Below are positions 8,507 through 18,275 of a stretch of DNA of 64,000 nt, piece after piece. The notes beneath the pieces are model-generated. The model was not told where the DNA came from. It did no database searches and saw only the letters and a program-made list of their open reading frames with translations. Position 1 is the stretch's first letter; each line of letters opens with the position of its first letter. The position numbers and the translations under genes are program-made. Source of the stretch: an uncultured archaeon (GTDB lineage Archaea > Asgardarchaeota > Thorarchaeia > Thorarchaeales > Thorarchaeaceae); NCBI GenBank assembly GCA_964610875.1, contig CAZSWP010000009.1, forward strand, positions 33,058 through 97,057, in the 5' to 3' direction.

Positions 8507-9652
8507 CTATTTGACCTCCTTTACGAGTTCGACGACTTTCGATGCCGCATCTTCCATTGTTTTTAGGAATGGAATTCCTGCATCATTCAGAATTTCTTGC
8601 CCTCTCTGTTCATTTGTTCCGACCATTCTGATTACCATAGGCACATCGATTCCTTTGTCTTCTCGAGCTGCAATTATTCCCCTTGCAACATCATCACACC
8701 GTGTGATGCCTCCCATGATGTTTACGAGGATTGCTTTCACCTTGTCATACATTAGAGCAATCTCGATGCCTTTCTCGACTCTCTCTGCATCGGAGCCGCC
8801 ACCAAGATCAAGAAAAGTACAGGCTTTGCCTCCATAAAGCTCAACTGCATCCAAAGTGGCCATAGTAAGACCGGCACCATTACAGATACAGGCAATATCA
8901 CCATCAAGTTCAACATAGGCCATTCCCTCCTCAGATGCCATACGTTCACGGTCATTCTGTTCGAGGGGTTCTCTCTGAAGTTTTTCGATTATATCTTTGT
9001 GACGGTACAGTGCATTATCATCAATATTCAATCGAGCGTCTGCAGCTAGAAATCTGCCATCCTTTGTAAGAATGAGTGGATTGATCTCAGTAAGTTCGAC
9101 ATCATATTTTTCCACAATGTTCCACAGTTTTAGAAAGAAACTACCGAGTTTGTTGATATCCTTTCCCTTGAATCCCATGTCAATTGCCAACTCTCTAGCT
9201 TGATATGGTTGGAAACCAAGACCTGGGTCCACATGCATTTTGATTATTTTCTCAGGACTCTCCTCAGCTAGTTCTTCAATTGACATGCCTCCTGCTGCAC
9301 TCCCAATAACTACGTATTTTCTTTCGTTGCGATCAACTGTGATACCCACATAGATTTCCTGTGCAATATCGAGTTTTTCTTCTATCAATACTGCTTCTAC
9401 AGGTAAGTCATTGATTCGCATTGCGAGTATTTCTTCAGCCAGCTTTTCAGCTTCCTCTGGAGTATCAGCAAACTTGACTCCCCCTGCTTTTCCTCTCTTT
9501 CCTGAGAGGACTTGGGCTTTTACAACCACAGGTTTTCCTACTTCTGCAGTCACCCTTTTTGCTTCTTGCGGAGTCATTGCTACTCCGCCTGGGGGTATTG
9601 GCATGCCAAAGTTCTGGAAGATCTCCTTTGCTTCATGCTCAAACAGCTTCAT
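8507..9652 (-). CDS. sucC: Succinyl-CoA ligase beta subunit
   Basis: MKLFEHEAK, KAQVLSGKRGKAGGV, EINPL, NGAGLTMATLD, FLDLGGG, GGITRCD. Confidence 0.97.
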   Translation of the reverse strand: MKLFEHEAKEIFQNFGMPIPPGGVAMTPQEAKRVTAEVGKPVVVKAQVLSGKRGKAGGVKFADTPEEAEKLAEEILAMRINDLPVEAVLIEEKLDIAQEIYVGITVDRNERKYVVIGSAAGGMSIEELAEESPEKIIKMHVDPGLGFQPYQARELAIDMGFKGKDINKLGSFFLKLWNIVEKYDVELTEINPLILTKDGRFLAADARLNIDDNALYRHKDIIEKLQREPLEQNDRERMASEEGMAYVELDGDIACICNGAGLTMATLDAVELYGGKACTFLDLGGGSDAERVEKGIEIALMYDKVKAILVNIMGGITRCDDVARGIIAAREDKGIDVPMVIRMVGTNEQRGQEILNDAGIPFLKTMEDAASKVVELVKEVK

Positions 9653-9754
9653 TGGTTCATTCCTTCCTTTTATCGAGGACTATCTATGGTCCTTACAATC
9701 TAGTGCGGCATCAATAGATGCTACATAAAAACGTTTCAACATACCAATATCTAA

Positions 9755-11956
9755 TCAATCGATAGTATCAAGTGCTTTTTGAAGGTCTTTCCTTATTTTA
9801 TCGAGTTCTTTTAATAGAAACTCTTGTTCACCACTTACTAAACTACACAGTATCTGACTCATATATTGTGTTTCTTCCAGTATGTTTTCAACAACACCCG
9901 GTCTGTCATTTTCACAATATTCTATCTCTCCAGATTGAACCGAATTAATTATTCTCCTGACGGTTTTGATAGACACATCTGATCTGGAAGCAACCAGCCC
10001 TTCAAGCACATCATGGATTTTTGCTCCTCTCTTGGAAATAGCGCGAAGTGCTATTGTAGCATCCTTAACTGGAACTCCTAGTAATGCAATTTTTTCTCCT
10101 AGTGAGGTACACTTAATGGATTCCTTATCCCGCACTATCAACCGTTCTCTTTCAAGTCCACTGTAAACTTCAAGACCTCGTAAAGCTTGAAAGATCACTG
10201 AAACTCCGTATTGCCTGATTTCCTCCCTTTCTATAGCAAATTCCGTAAATTTCAGAAGATGTTTGCACAGACGATGTCTACGAATTCCTTGATATTTCCA
10301 TGACTCGCAAGTGCATGATACCCCTTCTTTTGCTTTCAAAACAACATGGTGCCATAAGTCCCTACTGCGACTATGGACAAGTCCCTCAATTTTTTCAGGA
10401 GTCACAGATACAAGTCGAACATCATCATCAGGGATTTCGTTTGTTCTAGTAACTGTTGATTTGGTTATCCGTCGTGAAATTAGGTCCCTTGCATTCTCAA
10501 CTGTTTCCAGCAGAGATGATTGTAGATCAACACTTCCTACACGATTACTTGCTGCCCAAAATGTTCGACTCAGAATCATAAATGGGTCATCATCCACTCG
10601 GATTCTGCCACATAATTGACTTAGAACAAGATCCTGAACATTCTCCGGGTCATCCATAGCACTGTCAACTTCTCCTTCTCTTGGAGTAATGAAACCATCT
10701 GGTTGTTGAATAAAGTATTTTGACAACACCCGTTGACGTTCCGATTCATTATCAACAATGACAGTACCAAATCCTTCATTATCCTTTCCTGTTCTTCCTG
10801 CTGATTGAAGTACATTATTCATTTGCCACTCAGATAGGATAGTGAGCCCCTCATCATCTAGAGTTCCTCTCTCTACTTCTTGCATATACACTCCCAGAAG
10901 AAAGACATCTGTAGCTCGGAGTCCGCTAGCAAGAACAAATCGAGTAGGTAAGATAAGAACAGGTAGTAATTCATCCTCCCATGCTGCTGTAATTGCTCTT
11001 CTCTGGGTTCTTGAAACTCCAGAATGCATGAACGCTACCCCTGATGTAATCACCTGTTTGAGATTCTGAGTCAGTTTGCACTCAGGATAATACTGTTCGA
11101 CTTCAGAGGCAAGCTCTCGTAATTCTTCACGATGCCCTAGCGTGAGATCAAGGTCAAGTATCCTATTCTCCTTTTTAGTACCGGTTAGTTCCATGGCTAA
11201 TCGTTCTGCCTCTTTCATACTTGCACACAGAATCATCACTTGCTCCTTTCTTCCATGCACAAATTCCACAAGGTCAGCAACCGACTCGTTGATATTCTCA
11301 AATGATTTAACACCAAAGATACGTTTGACATCTGCTTTTCTATCTCTAACAATGCGTCCTGACAACCAATTGGCCAAGTCTTCTACGTCTGCAACTGGTG
11401 AACAAACAGCTATATATTGTGGTTTCAGTCCTTGACCTCTAATTGTCACTAGTGCTGTTTCGAGTCTTGCACCAATCTCCGGTTGTCCAATAAGGTCCAG
11501 GCGTTCAATAAGAATACAGTCTAAATCCTCCATTATTCTGGGATGTGATCTAAGCGCTATACTCAATGAACGGAATGTCGATACGATAATCCGCCCTTTG
11601 ATTTCACCCTCTGATGTTGCCATACGCCTTCTCGTAATTGAGGAAACAGGAATTCCAAGTCTTCTGGCTCTTTGACTCAGCGTTCTCAATCTTTTTTCTG
11701 CTTGATGTGGGTTTGGACAGATAATCAATACCTTTGTTCTAAAATTCGAGGCTACTTTGTTTAGAACTGAGATCTCTCCAATCTGATACGCTTCTTCATA
11801 GTCATATGTGATAAGTATTTGACTGATGTTTCTGGTGATACCCTCTTCTACAGCTGTCTTTTGGAAGTCTGTAAGACTCGCGAGTCCCTCCCTTCTCAGA
11901 ATCTCAAGTAGTCTAGGTGAGATTCTTACAAGCTCCAATTCTCTGAGGGTACTCAC
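9755..11956 (-). CDS. Degenerate Ski2/Hel308-like SF2 helicase fold with SWIM Zn finger
   Basis: Q motif LTDFQ, VAFMHSGV, QSAGRTG and SWIM CTC...CKH are present; Walker A and DExH are not recognisable. Confidence 0.7.
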   Translation of the reverse strand: MSTLRELELVRISPRLLEILRREGLASLTDFQKTAVEEGITRNISQILITYDYEEAYQIGEISVLNKVASNFRTKVLIICPNPHQAEKRLRTLSQRARRLGIPVSSITRRRMATSEGEIKGRIIVSTFRSLSIALRSHPRIMEDLDCILIERLDLIGQPEIGARLETALVTIRGQGLKPQYIAVCSPVADVEDLANWLSGRIVRDRKADVKRIFGVKSFENINESVADLVEFVHGRKEQVMILCASMKEAERLAMELTGTKKENRILDLDLTLGHREELRELASEVEQYYPECKLTQNLKQVITSGVAFMHSGVSRTQRRAITAAWEDELLPVLILPTRFVLASGLRATDVFLLGVYMQEVERGTLDDEGLTILSEWQMNNVLQSAGRTGKDNEGFGTVIVDNESERQRVLSKYFIQQPDGFITPREGEVDSAMDDPENVQDLVLSQLCGRIRVDDDPFMILSRTFWAASNRVGSVDLQSSLLETVENARDLISRRITKSTVTRTNEIPDDDVRLVSVTPEKIEGLVHSRSRDLWHHVVLKAKEGVSCTCESWKYQGIRRHRLCKHLLKFTEFAIEREEIRQYGVSVIFQALRGLEVYSGLERERLIVRDKESIKCTSLGEKIALLGVPVKDATIALRAISKRGAKIHDVLEGLVASRSDVSIKTVRRIINSVQSGEIEYCENDRPGVVENILEETQYMSQILCSLVSGEQEFLLKELDKIRKDLQKALDTID

Positions 11957-12142
11957 GATTTCTACGCTCCCGCCTTTCTTTTGCGCATTTTTTCTTATAG
12001 GGTGTTTTATTTTATGCTATTATCCTTTTTTAATCATGCTTGTCGATTCATATCAATCTCTTTCTATTTTTAGAAATATTAGATACACTATGACACTTTA
12101 GAAGACTTTAATTCTAAATACAATCTCTAAAGACATGGTGAG

Positions 12143-12808
12143 TTGATTATGGAAATCTCTCAGTCAATATGTTGCAAAGAACTGAAGAATTCGGATGTAT
12201 TGGATACAACCGGCAATAAAATAGGTCGTATTGGTGACTTCACATTCAAATTCGATGGTGAGTTGAAACTTGCACAATTTATCCTGGCGGGGCCACGGTT
12301 TGAGGAGTTTTTGGAAGCTGTTAAAATAAAACCGGACAAGGATCCTATCTTTGATGCTTCTCTCATAAAGAAGCTCGGTGATGAAGTTCATCTTGATACA
12401 ACAGCCAACACATTGAAGACAACTCTAGACGACTGTGCCATAACAGATGACGAAATACGCTTATCTGATTTACAAAAGCTGGAGATATATGATAAGAAAG
12501 GAGAAAAAATAGGTAAGACACTTGATGTTGACTTCGATACAGATGGTTCTGCATCATTGATTGTAGGTGGAGGGTTCTTTGAGGAGAAACTTGAAGCTCT
12601 AGGGTTCAAAAAAGATGTTGACTTGATTGTTCCTGGAAATGTTATCGAGGAAGTCAGTGATAAAATCACTTTGAAAGTGGAAAAAGATGAACTAAACAAG
12701 ACAATGGAAGAATCTTTTGAACCAGAGGAGAAGAAGAAAGCTCGTACTGAAAAGACTATACATAGAGATGTGGCAAAAGTACGTCTGTTTACACACAGAC
12801 CATTCTGA
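12143..12808 (+). CDS. Tandem PRC-barrel domain protein
   Basis: Two repeats: LKNSDVLDTTGNKIGRIGDFTF and LQKLEIYDKKGEKIGKTLDVDF. Confidence 0.75.
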   Translation: MIMEISQSICCKELKNSDVLDTTGNKIGRIGDFTFKFDGELKLAQFILAGPRFEEFLEAVKIKPDKDPIFDASLIKKLGDEVHLDTTANTLKTTLDDCAITDDEIRLSDLQKLEIYDKKGEKIGKTLDVDFDTDGSASLIVGGGFFEEKLEALGFKKDVDLIVPGNVIEEVSDKITLKVEKDELNKTMEESFEPEEKKKARTEKTIHRDVAKVRLFTHRPF

Positions 12809-12825
12809 TTCTGTAGGAAATGATT

Positions 12826-12847
12826 GGTGGGGCTATTTGCCCCCACC
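12826..12847 (+). terminator. GC-rich stem-loop after the PRC-barrel gene
   Basis: GGTGGGG...CCCCACC. Confidence 0.35.
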
Positions 12848-12961
12848 GAAACCTATCTGATAGATATACTGTGCATTATCAGAGTCATATACACATACAA
12901 AAGACAATCTGCTTGTCAAATTAGTAGCAGATGATGGTTTTAAGATTCATAATATAGAGGA

Positions 12962-13711
12962 TTGAAGATTATGGCTTTCGTGGCAACAAAAGACACGAGT
13001 TTCAAAATAATACTAAAAGATGGCTTTAAAGTAAAACCGGGTTCAAAGTTCATAGTGGGATTTCATGGTCTTGGTGAAGTCGGGTTTCTAAGTACAGCAC
13101 ATTTGACCCGTGCATTAGAAGCTGAAAGGGTAGGATTCATCAAGAGTGACATGCTTCCATTATTTGTATCCATGGAGGATGGAAACCTTGTTCTTCCTTT
13201 CGAATTATACTCCTATGAGGACAAGAAAATGGTATTCTTAGTTCCTCGGTTTCAACCACATCAAGCTGAACAATGGCAATTCATAGAAAGATTAGCGGAA
13301 TGGATTATGGAACAAAAATTCGAAGAAGTATTGCTATTGGGGGGGCTTGATGCCAGTTTCAAGGAAGATGGTGATGATATGCGTAGCGTTCCGACAGCGG
13401 CATACAAAAAACACTTGGAGAAATGGAATATTCCCCTTCTTGAAGAAGGCCTTTTTGTGGCTGGTCCTTTAGCATTGTTGATTGCAGAGCTTGAGATGCG
13501 AGGTGGTTCCGCAGTGGGAATATTATCCTATGCTACCCGTGGAAGACCAGATCCCAGATCGGCTGCTACCATGCTTGAGAAGATAAATGAGGTCTATGGT
13601 GTTTCAGCTAATGTTGACCAGCTCATTGAAGAGAGCAAAGAGATAGAACGCTTAGAAAAGATGAGAAAATCAATTGAATCTGATACAGACCCATCTCAAA
13701 TGTATCTCTGA
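12962..13711 (+). CDS. PAC2 / proteasome assembly chaperone family (PbaA/PbaB-like)
   Basis: GFHGLGEVG, LLLGGL, AGPLALL, PDPRSAA, C-terminal MYL (HbYX). Confidence 0.88.
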   Translation: MKIMAFVATKDTSFKIILKDGFKVKPGSKFIVGFHGLGEVGFLSTAHLTRALEAERVGFIKSDMLPLFVSMEDGNLVLPFELYSYEDKKMVFLVPRFQPHQAEQWQFIERLAEWIMEQKFEEVLLLGGLDASFKEDGDDMRSVPTAAYKKHLEKWNIPLLEEGLFVAGPLALLIAELEMRGGSAVGILSYATRGRPDPRSAATMLEKINEVYGVSANVDQLIEESKEIERLEKMRKSIESDTDPSQMYL

Positions 13712-13733
13712 TGAGATGACCGTTTTGGGTCTC

Positions 13734-14312
13734 TCATCCCATCTTTCTAATATACCATCCAATATCAACGAGATTCTTCCCAATGAGGTCATTGTTCTTT
13801 AGTCTATTCACCATTGATGAAGAAACTGTCAACACAGCTAACCCAAGTACTTCTCCAGATTCAAGTTTGACTACAACCTTTTGCCCTCTTTCCAATCCCT
13901 TCCCTACTTCAACAGTTGATTCTTTCAATACACTTCTACCATAGGTAAAGACTTCGCCGCCATGTTCTGTTACAATCAGAATGTTCCTGGTGATGTCTGC
14001 AATCCTCTCTAGAACCCCTAGACTGATTCGGAAACCCTTTTCTGTTTCATCTCCTAACCATATTCCCAAGGATTGAACATCATAATCCCCAAAATCTATC
14101 TCTGTCATCCCTCTCCATTCATTTGGAATCAAGTACACAGATTTGTTCTTATTCCGTTCAATAGAAACTGGTAACATGTTCCCTGCAAGGGATTTAGTCA
14201 CACCTTCTCCAAACTCACTGTCTATACTCTCAACAATATTATTCCAATTGGCAGGCTCCATATGTACCGGTTTCATCAGTAACACTTTAGCTCTGTAATA
14301 TTCCATCCGCAC
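13734..14312 (-). CDS. Nip7-like PUA-domain ribosome biogenesis protein
   Basis: SLGIWLG, VFTYGRSVLKES, VLGLA, KNLVDIGWYIR. Confidence 0.8.
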   Translation of the reverse strand: MRMEYYRAKVLLMKPVHMEPANWNNIVESIDSEFGEGVTKSLAGNMLPVSIERNKNKSVYLIPNEWRGMTEIDFGDYDVQSLGIWLGDETEKGFRISLGVLERIADITRNILIVTEHGGEVFTYGRSVLKESTVEVGKGLERGQKVVVKLESGEVLGLAVLTVSSSMVNRLKNNDLIGKNLVDIGWYIRKMG

Positions 14313-14340
14313 TTAAGGTTGTGTCACAATCTTTTGAAAT

Positions 14341-15996
14341 CTATTCTGGGTTAGATAATCGAAGCACACCCCCGGCAACTGTCAGTGCACCAAATAGCAG
14401 CAGTGGGAAACCGCTAATCAGAATGACACTAATTGTGACTCCTGATATAATTGTAAGTGCTAGAGAGTATGAGAAAGAGATCAGCATAATGACCATAACA
14501 CCTGTTATTGTTATGATGGTGTTCAAATAGAATGCACTACTCTTTGTGTTCTCATACGTAGGATTCAAAGCAGTGATTCCTGTAGCGAATAGAATAGATC
14601 CAAGCACGATTATGTATGCTTGAAATATGAGTAATAATAAACCAATGAAATCGATTCTAACGAGCATTGCCACAATAACTGAAGGAATTATTGAGATGGG
14701 TATTCCAAGAAATGATGATTGTATAAGTCTTGCCCTAACGTATTTTCGTACACCTTGAGGAGCACTTCGTATTATCCAGAGTTGGTCTTTTGATTCAATA
14801 AATCCAATACCACCAAACGTGATTCCGCAAATCATTCCAAGCATCATACTTACCATTAGCGATGACATTACAAATACAAATTCTGGATCGCCAAGATCGT
14901 TTACAAAACTAGCATTAAGAATCACAGGTAAGAGAATTGATAGAAATATCCCGTATACCACTCTCGATAGGTTCTGCACCTTTCTAGTGAACTCCTTAAT
15001 CATCGTCACCAGAAGCACACCATGTGCACCACTCTGTGTTCTTCTAAGCAGTCGGAGCACAAGATTCTCCTTGCCAATTGTTGTTATTCTCTCACTCCTT
15101 ACATTCCCTCCTAAGGAAAACAGCTTGTCCGCGAACAGCACTCCTCCTAGAGATACTATGATTGAGAAAACCAAGATGAGTATTCCATATACCGCAATCG
15201 GTAGAGGAAGCATTCCAAACAACGATTGAAGCACTATTTCAGGAACAGTGATTGTCCTGAACTGCAATGTGGACCAGGTAATGATATCCGCACACCAAGA
15301 AGAAGGAAGAAGGAGAAAGAGATCAAGCCCCATCACTTCTGCTAGTGGTTCTGCAAAATATATCATACCATACATTGGTAGAAGCACAACCAATGCGATC
15401 AGCACACTGAGTGCTTTTGCTAAATCATTACCCCGTTCTGATTCCCCTAATCTTCCTTGAATTGCTGAACTGATAACGACTGATAACCAGAGTGTTGCAA
15501 TAGATAATAGGTATAATGTTCCATACATTATTGTCTGTCCAATAAGGTCCACTCCGAAAATCACAACAAATGGGGTCAAGAGTATTGGAGCTCCAAATAG
15601 CACTAGTAGCGAATATGTAGGAATCTTTCCAAGAAATGTTCCAAGAAGGAGTGATCTCGCGCTAACATTATTACTCAAAACAATCTCCCATTGGCCAATC
15701 TTGATGTCCCTAAGTGAATATGTGATTGGGTACACCAATACCAAGACCCAGAGAAGGAGAATGACTGAACGCATAACACCTGGTAAGGTCGTCATGAGAA
15801 TTGAACTGGTTTGTTGTCCTAACAGATTCACAACACCTGTGACTATTGTGGGTATCAATACCATTGCCCAGAATACACCAAATGCAAAAACTCCCAATGT
15901 AGCTATTTTCCTGATTGCACGAAATTTCGCTGTCTGAACAAAGAACTCAGCTTTGGCGATTGCCCACCAGCCCTTTGTCAGTCCTATTCCCTCCAA
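14341..15996 (-). CDS. Multi-pass ABC-type exporter permease
   Basis: Many TM segments in two halves; overlaps the upstream ABC ATPase gene. Confidence 0.7.
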   Translation of the reverse strand: MEGIGLTKGWWAIAKAEFFVQTAKFRAIRKIATLGVFAFGVFWAMVLIPTIVTGVVNLLGQQTSSILMTTLPGVMRSVILLLWVLVLVYPITYSLRDIKIGQWEIVLSNNVSARSLLLGTFLGKIPTYSLLVLFGAPILLTPFVVIFGVDLIGQTIMYGTLYLLSIATLWLSVVISSAIQGRLGESERGNDLAKALSVLIALVVLLPMYGMIYFAEPLAEVMGLDLFLLLPSSWCADIITWSTLQFRTITVPEIVLQSLFGMLPLPIAVYGILILVFSIIVSLGGVLFADKLFSLGGNVRSERITTIGKENLVLRLLRRTQSGAHGVLLVTMIKEFTRKVQNLSRVVYGIFLSILLPVILNASFVNDLGDPEFVFVMSSLMVSMMLGMICGITFGGIGFIESKDQLWIIRSAPQGVRKYVRARLIQSSFLGIPISIIPSVIVAMLVRIDFIGLLLLIFQAYIIVLGSILFATGITALNPTYENTKSSAFYLNTIITITGVMVIMLISFSYSLALTIISGVTISVILISGFPLLLFGALTVAGGVLRLSNPE

Positions 15997-16754
15997 CTAA
16001 GTAAGGTCTTTTTATCAACTTCTTGACCTACAATCTTCAGATATGCTTCTTCCAGATTGGATGTATTTGTTCTCTCCATAATCTCTTTCGGAGAACCTTT
16101 GATTTGTAGTCGTCCTTCATTCAGGATTCCTATAATGTCACATACATCTTCTGCAAAATCTGTCATATGTGTACAGATGAAGAAAGTAGTATCTGTTTCA
16201 TTAGCCATTGCCATAATGAGTTCTTTTACTAGCGCGCTTGCAGCTGGATCCAATCTTGAAGTTGGTTCATCAAGGAAAACTAGCCGTGGTTGATGAATTA
16301 TTGTTGAAGCAACAAGGACTTTCTGTTTCATGCCAGAACTATAACTCTCCAGAAGATTGTTTCGCCTACCTTCCAGTCCAAGAATTCCAAGAAGTTTCTC
16401 AATGCGTTTTCCGAGTATTGTTCCACTGAGATTATTCAAACCTCCAATGAACTCTAAAAACTCTACTGCAGATAGTTTTGAGTATAGTCCGGGTGTTTCT
16501 GGTAACAAACCGGTTACCGCTTTGATTGCGTCCCGTTGAGTTTCAATATCATATCCACAAACTGTTGCAGTCCCATTTGTTGCCCTTAAAAGTCCTGATA
16601 GGATTCTTACAGTAGTTGTTTTACCTGCACCATTTGGTCCCAAGTACCCGAAAGTATTCCCTTTGATTAATTCTAAATCTAAGCCAATCAAAGCATGTAT
16701 TCTATCAAAGGTCTTACTCAATCCGGATGTTCTAATCACAATATCCTTGCTCAT
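15984..16754 (-). CDS. ABC transporter ATP-binding protein (ABC-2/DrrA-like)
   Basis: GPNGAGKTT, YSSGMKQK, FLDEPT, CTH. Confidence 0.93.
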   Translation of the reverse strand: MSKDIVIRTSGLSKTFDRIHALIGLDLELIKGNTFGYLGPNGAGKTTTVRILSGLLRATNGTATVCGYDIETQRDAIKAVTGLLPETPGLYSKLSAVEFLEFIGGLNNLSGTILGKRIEKLLGILGLEGRRNNLLESYSSGMKQKVLVASTIIHQPRLVFLDEPTSRLDPAASALVKELIMAMANETDTTFFICTHMTDFAEDVCDIIGILNEGRLQIKGSPKEIMERTNTSNLEEAYLKIVGQEVDKKTLLSWRE

Positions 16755-16808
16755 ATACCTCAGGACCTCATTGAAGCTTTCAAAGATATAGGTCTTAAGA
16801 ATTCCCTC

Positions 16809-17807
16809 CTAAGCAGTCTTCACCAATTTACAGATGAAGAAACCTTCAGTACCGTGCAGATGCGGGAGAAACCGTCGCGCAAGTTTGAGGGACTCGTCCA
16901 ATTGTACTCCATATGGTGCATCATACCCTTTAGTACCAAATTCTAATTCAATGGGTATGAGTTTCATTTCAGAATGTCTTCTTAAAATTTCATCAATGAT
17001 GAACTCATTCTCTTCAGGTGCAATAGAACAAGTTGAATAGACAAGAGTGCCTCCTGGTTGCAACTTTTTGATTGCCCTCTCAATTAGTCTATCCTCACGA
17101 GTAGCGCAGTATCGTATATCTGCCATTGATTTACTTGTCTTTCTGGTGGGATCTATTGGAATCAACCCTTCTCCAGAACATGGTGCATCAAGTAGGATTC
17201 TATTCGGCTCTATAGGAAGAGTATCTAACTTCATAGCATTTCCTCGAAGAACGATGCTATTACTCACTCCACATCTTACTATGTTACTATGCAGACTTTG
17301 AATTCTTTGCCTATCCATCTCTATAGCAACCACAATTCCTGTGTTCTCCATTATCTGTGCAATATGAGTGGTTTTTCCACCTGGTGCTGCTGCAAGATCG
17401 AACACAGTCTCTCCCATTTGTGGTGCTAGTACTTCTACAACTGTCATTGAGGGGATGCCCTGTATGTAGTATTCCCCTAACATATGCTCAAACAAAGCTC
17501 CTGGTGAGAAACCTTGGAAGTCCGCATAGAACCCAGACGGAATCCAAGGTATTCTCTCCAAGTTGACCCCTTTCTCACTCAGTCTTACTTTTGCATCTTC
17601 GATATCAATTTTCAAGGTGTTAATTCTAATAGCAGTTCTAATGGGATTCTCACATGCTTCAATGAAATTGATAGTTTCTTCTTCTCCCCAGAGTGCTAGA
17701 TATCGTTCTATCATATATGCTAGATATCCATGAATTTTTGCAATCTCCTTAGCTTTATCTTTTCGTTCACGTCTGGATAGTTTTTCTGAGGAGTCATGTG
17801 TTTTCAA
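16809..17807 (-). CDS. RsmB/NOP2 family RNA m5C methyltransferase
   Basis: DLAAAPGGKT, ILLDAPCSGEG, VYSTCS, ENE, EGFFIC. Confidence 0.95.
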   Translation of the reverse strand: MKTHDSSEKLSRRERKDKAKEIAKIHGYLAYMIERYLALWGEEETINFIEACENPIRTAIRINTLKIDIEDAKVRLSEKGVNLERIPWIPSGFYADFQGFSPGALFEHMLGEYYIQGIPSMTVVEVLAPQMGETVFDLAAAPGGKTTHIAQIMENTGIVVAIEMDRQRIQSLHSNIVRCGVSNSIVLRGNAMKLDTLPIEPNRILLDAPCSGEGLIPIDPTRKTSKSMADIRYCATREDRLIERAIKKLQPGGTLVYSTCSIAPEENEFIIDEILRRHSEMKLIPIELEFGTKGYDAPYGVQLDESLKLARRFLPHLHGTEGFFICKLVKTA

Positions 17808-17812
17808 AATAA

Positions 17813-18256
17813 TTACTCACCAATATCTTCATTCCAAAGTTCGCGATTGTTCCTTATGAAGTCGGTCATAAGACTGGTGCATTCTTCGTTTTCGAGAATC
17901 ACGAGTTCAACTCCTTGTTCTTTAAGATAGTCTTCAGGTCCCTGAAATGTTCGGTTCTCTCCAATCACAACCTTCTTGATTCCATAGAGGAGAACCGCTC
18001 CGCTGCACATATCACATGGTGAGAGCGTTGAATAGAGTGTGGCTCTTTGGTATTCTTTTGCTTTCAAACGTCCTGCATTCTCAAGACAATCCATTTCTGC
18101 ATGTAATATTGCACTGCTCTTTTGCACCCGTCTATTATACCCTCTCCCAACTATCTTGTCATCGAGGACAAGAACAGACCCAATGGGAATTCCTCCCTCA
18201 TCAAGACCTTTCTTTGCTTCCTCGATTGCCGCGGTCATATAGGTTTCATGTGACAT
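17813..18256 (-). CDS. Zn-dependent cytosine deaminase (FCY1-like)
   Basis: EGGIPIGSVL, LHAEMDCLENAGR, TLSPCDMCSGA, WNEDIGE. Confidence 0.88.
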   Translation of the reverse strand: MSHETYMTAAIEEAKKGLDEGGIPIGSVLVLDDKIVGRGYNRRVQKSSAILHAEMDCLENAGRLKAKEYQRATLYSTLSPCDMCSGAVLLYGIKKVVIGENRTFQGPEDYLKEQGVELVILENEECTSLMTDFIRNNRELWNEDIGE

Positions 18257-18275
18257 GGTTTGTCAAATCCTTTTT

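Noticed and set aside
7925-8566. 213-aa plus-strand ORF and the many similar antisense ORFs in the track
   Set aside because: Shadow frames of well-supported genes (here sucD) with no independent motifs
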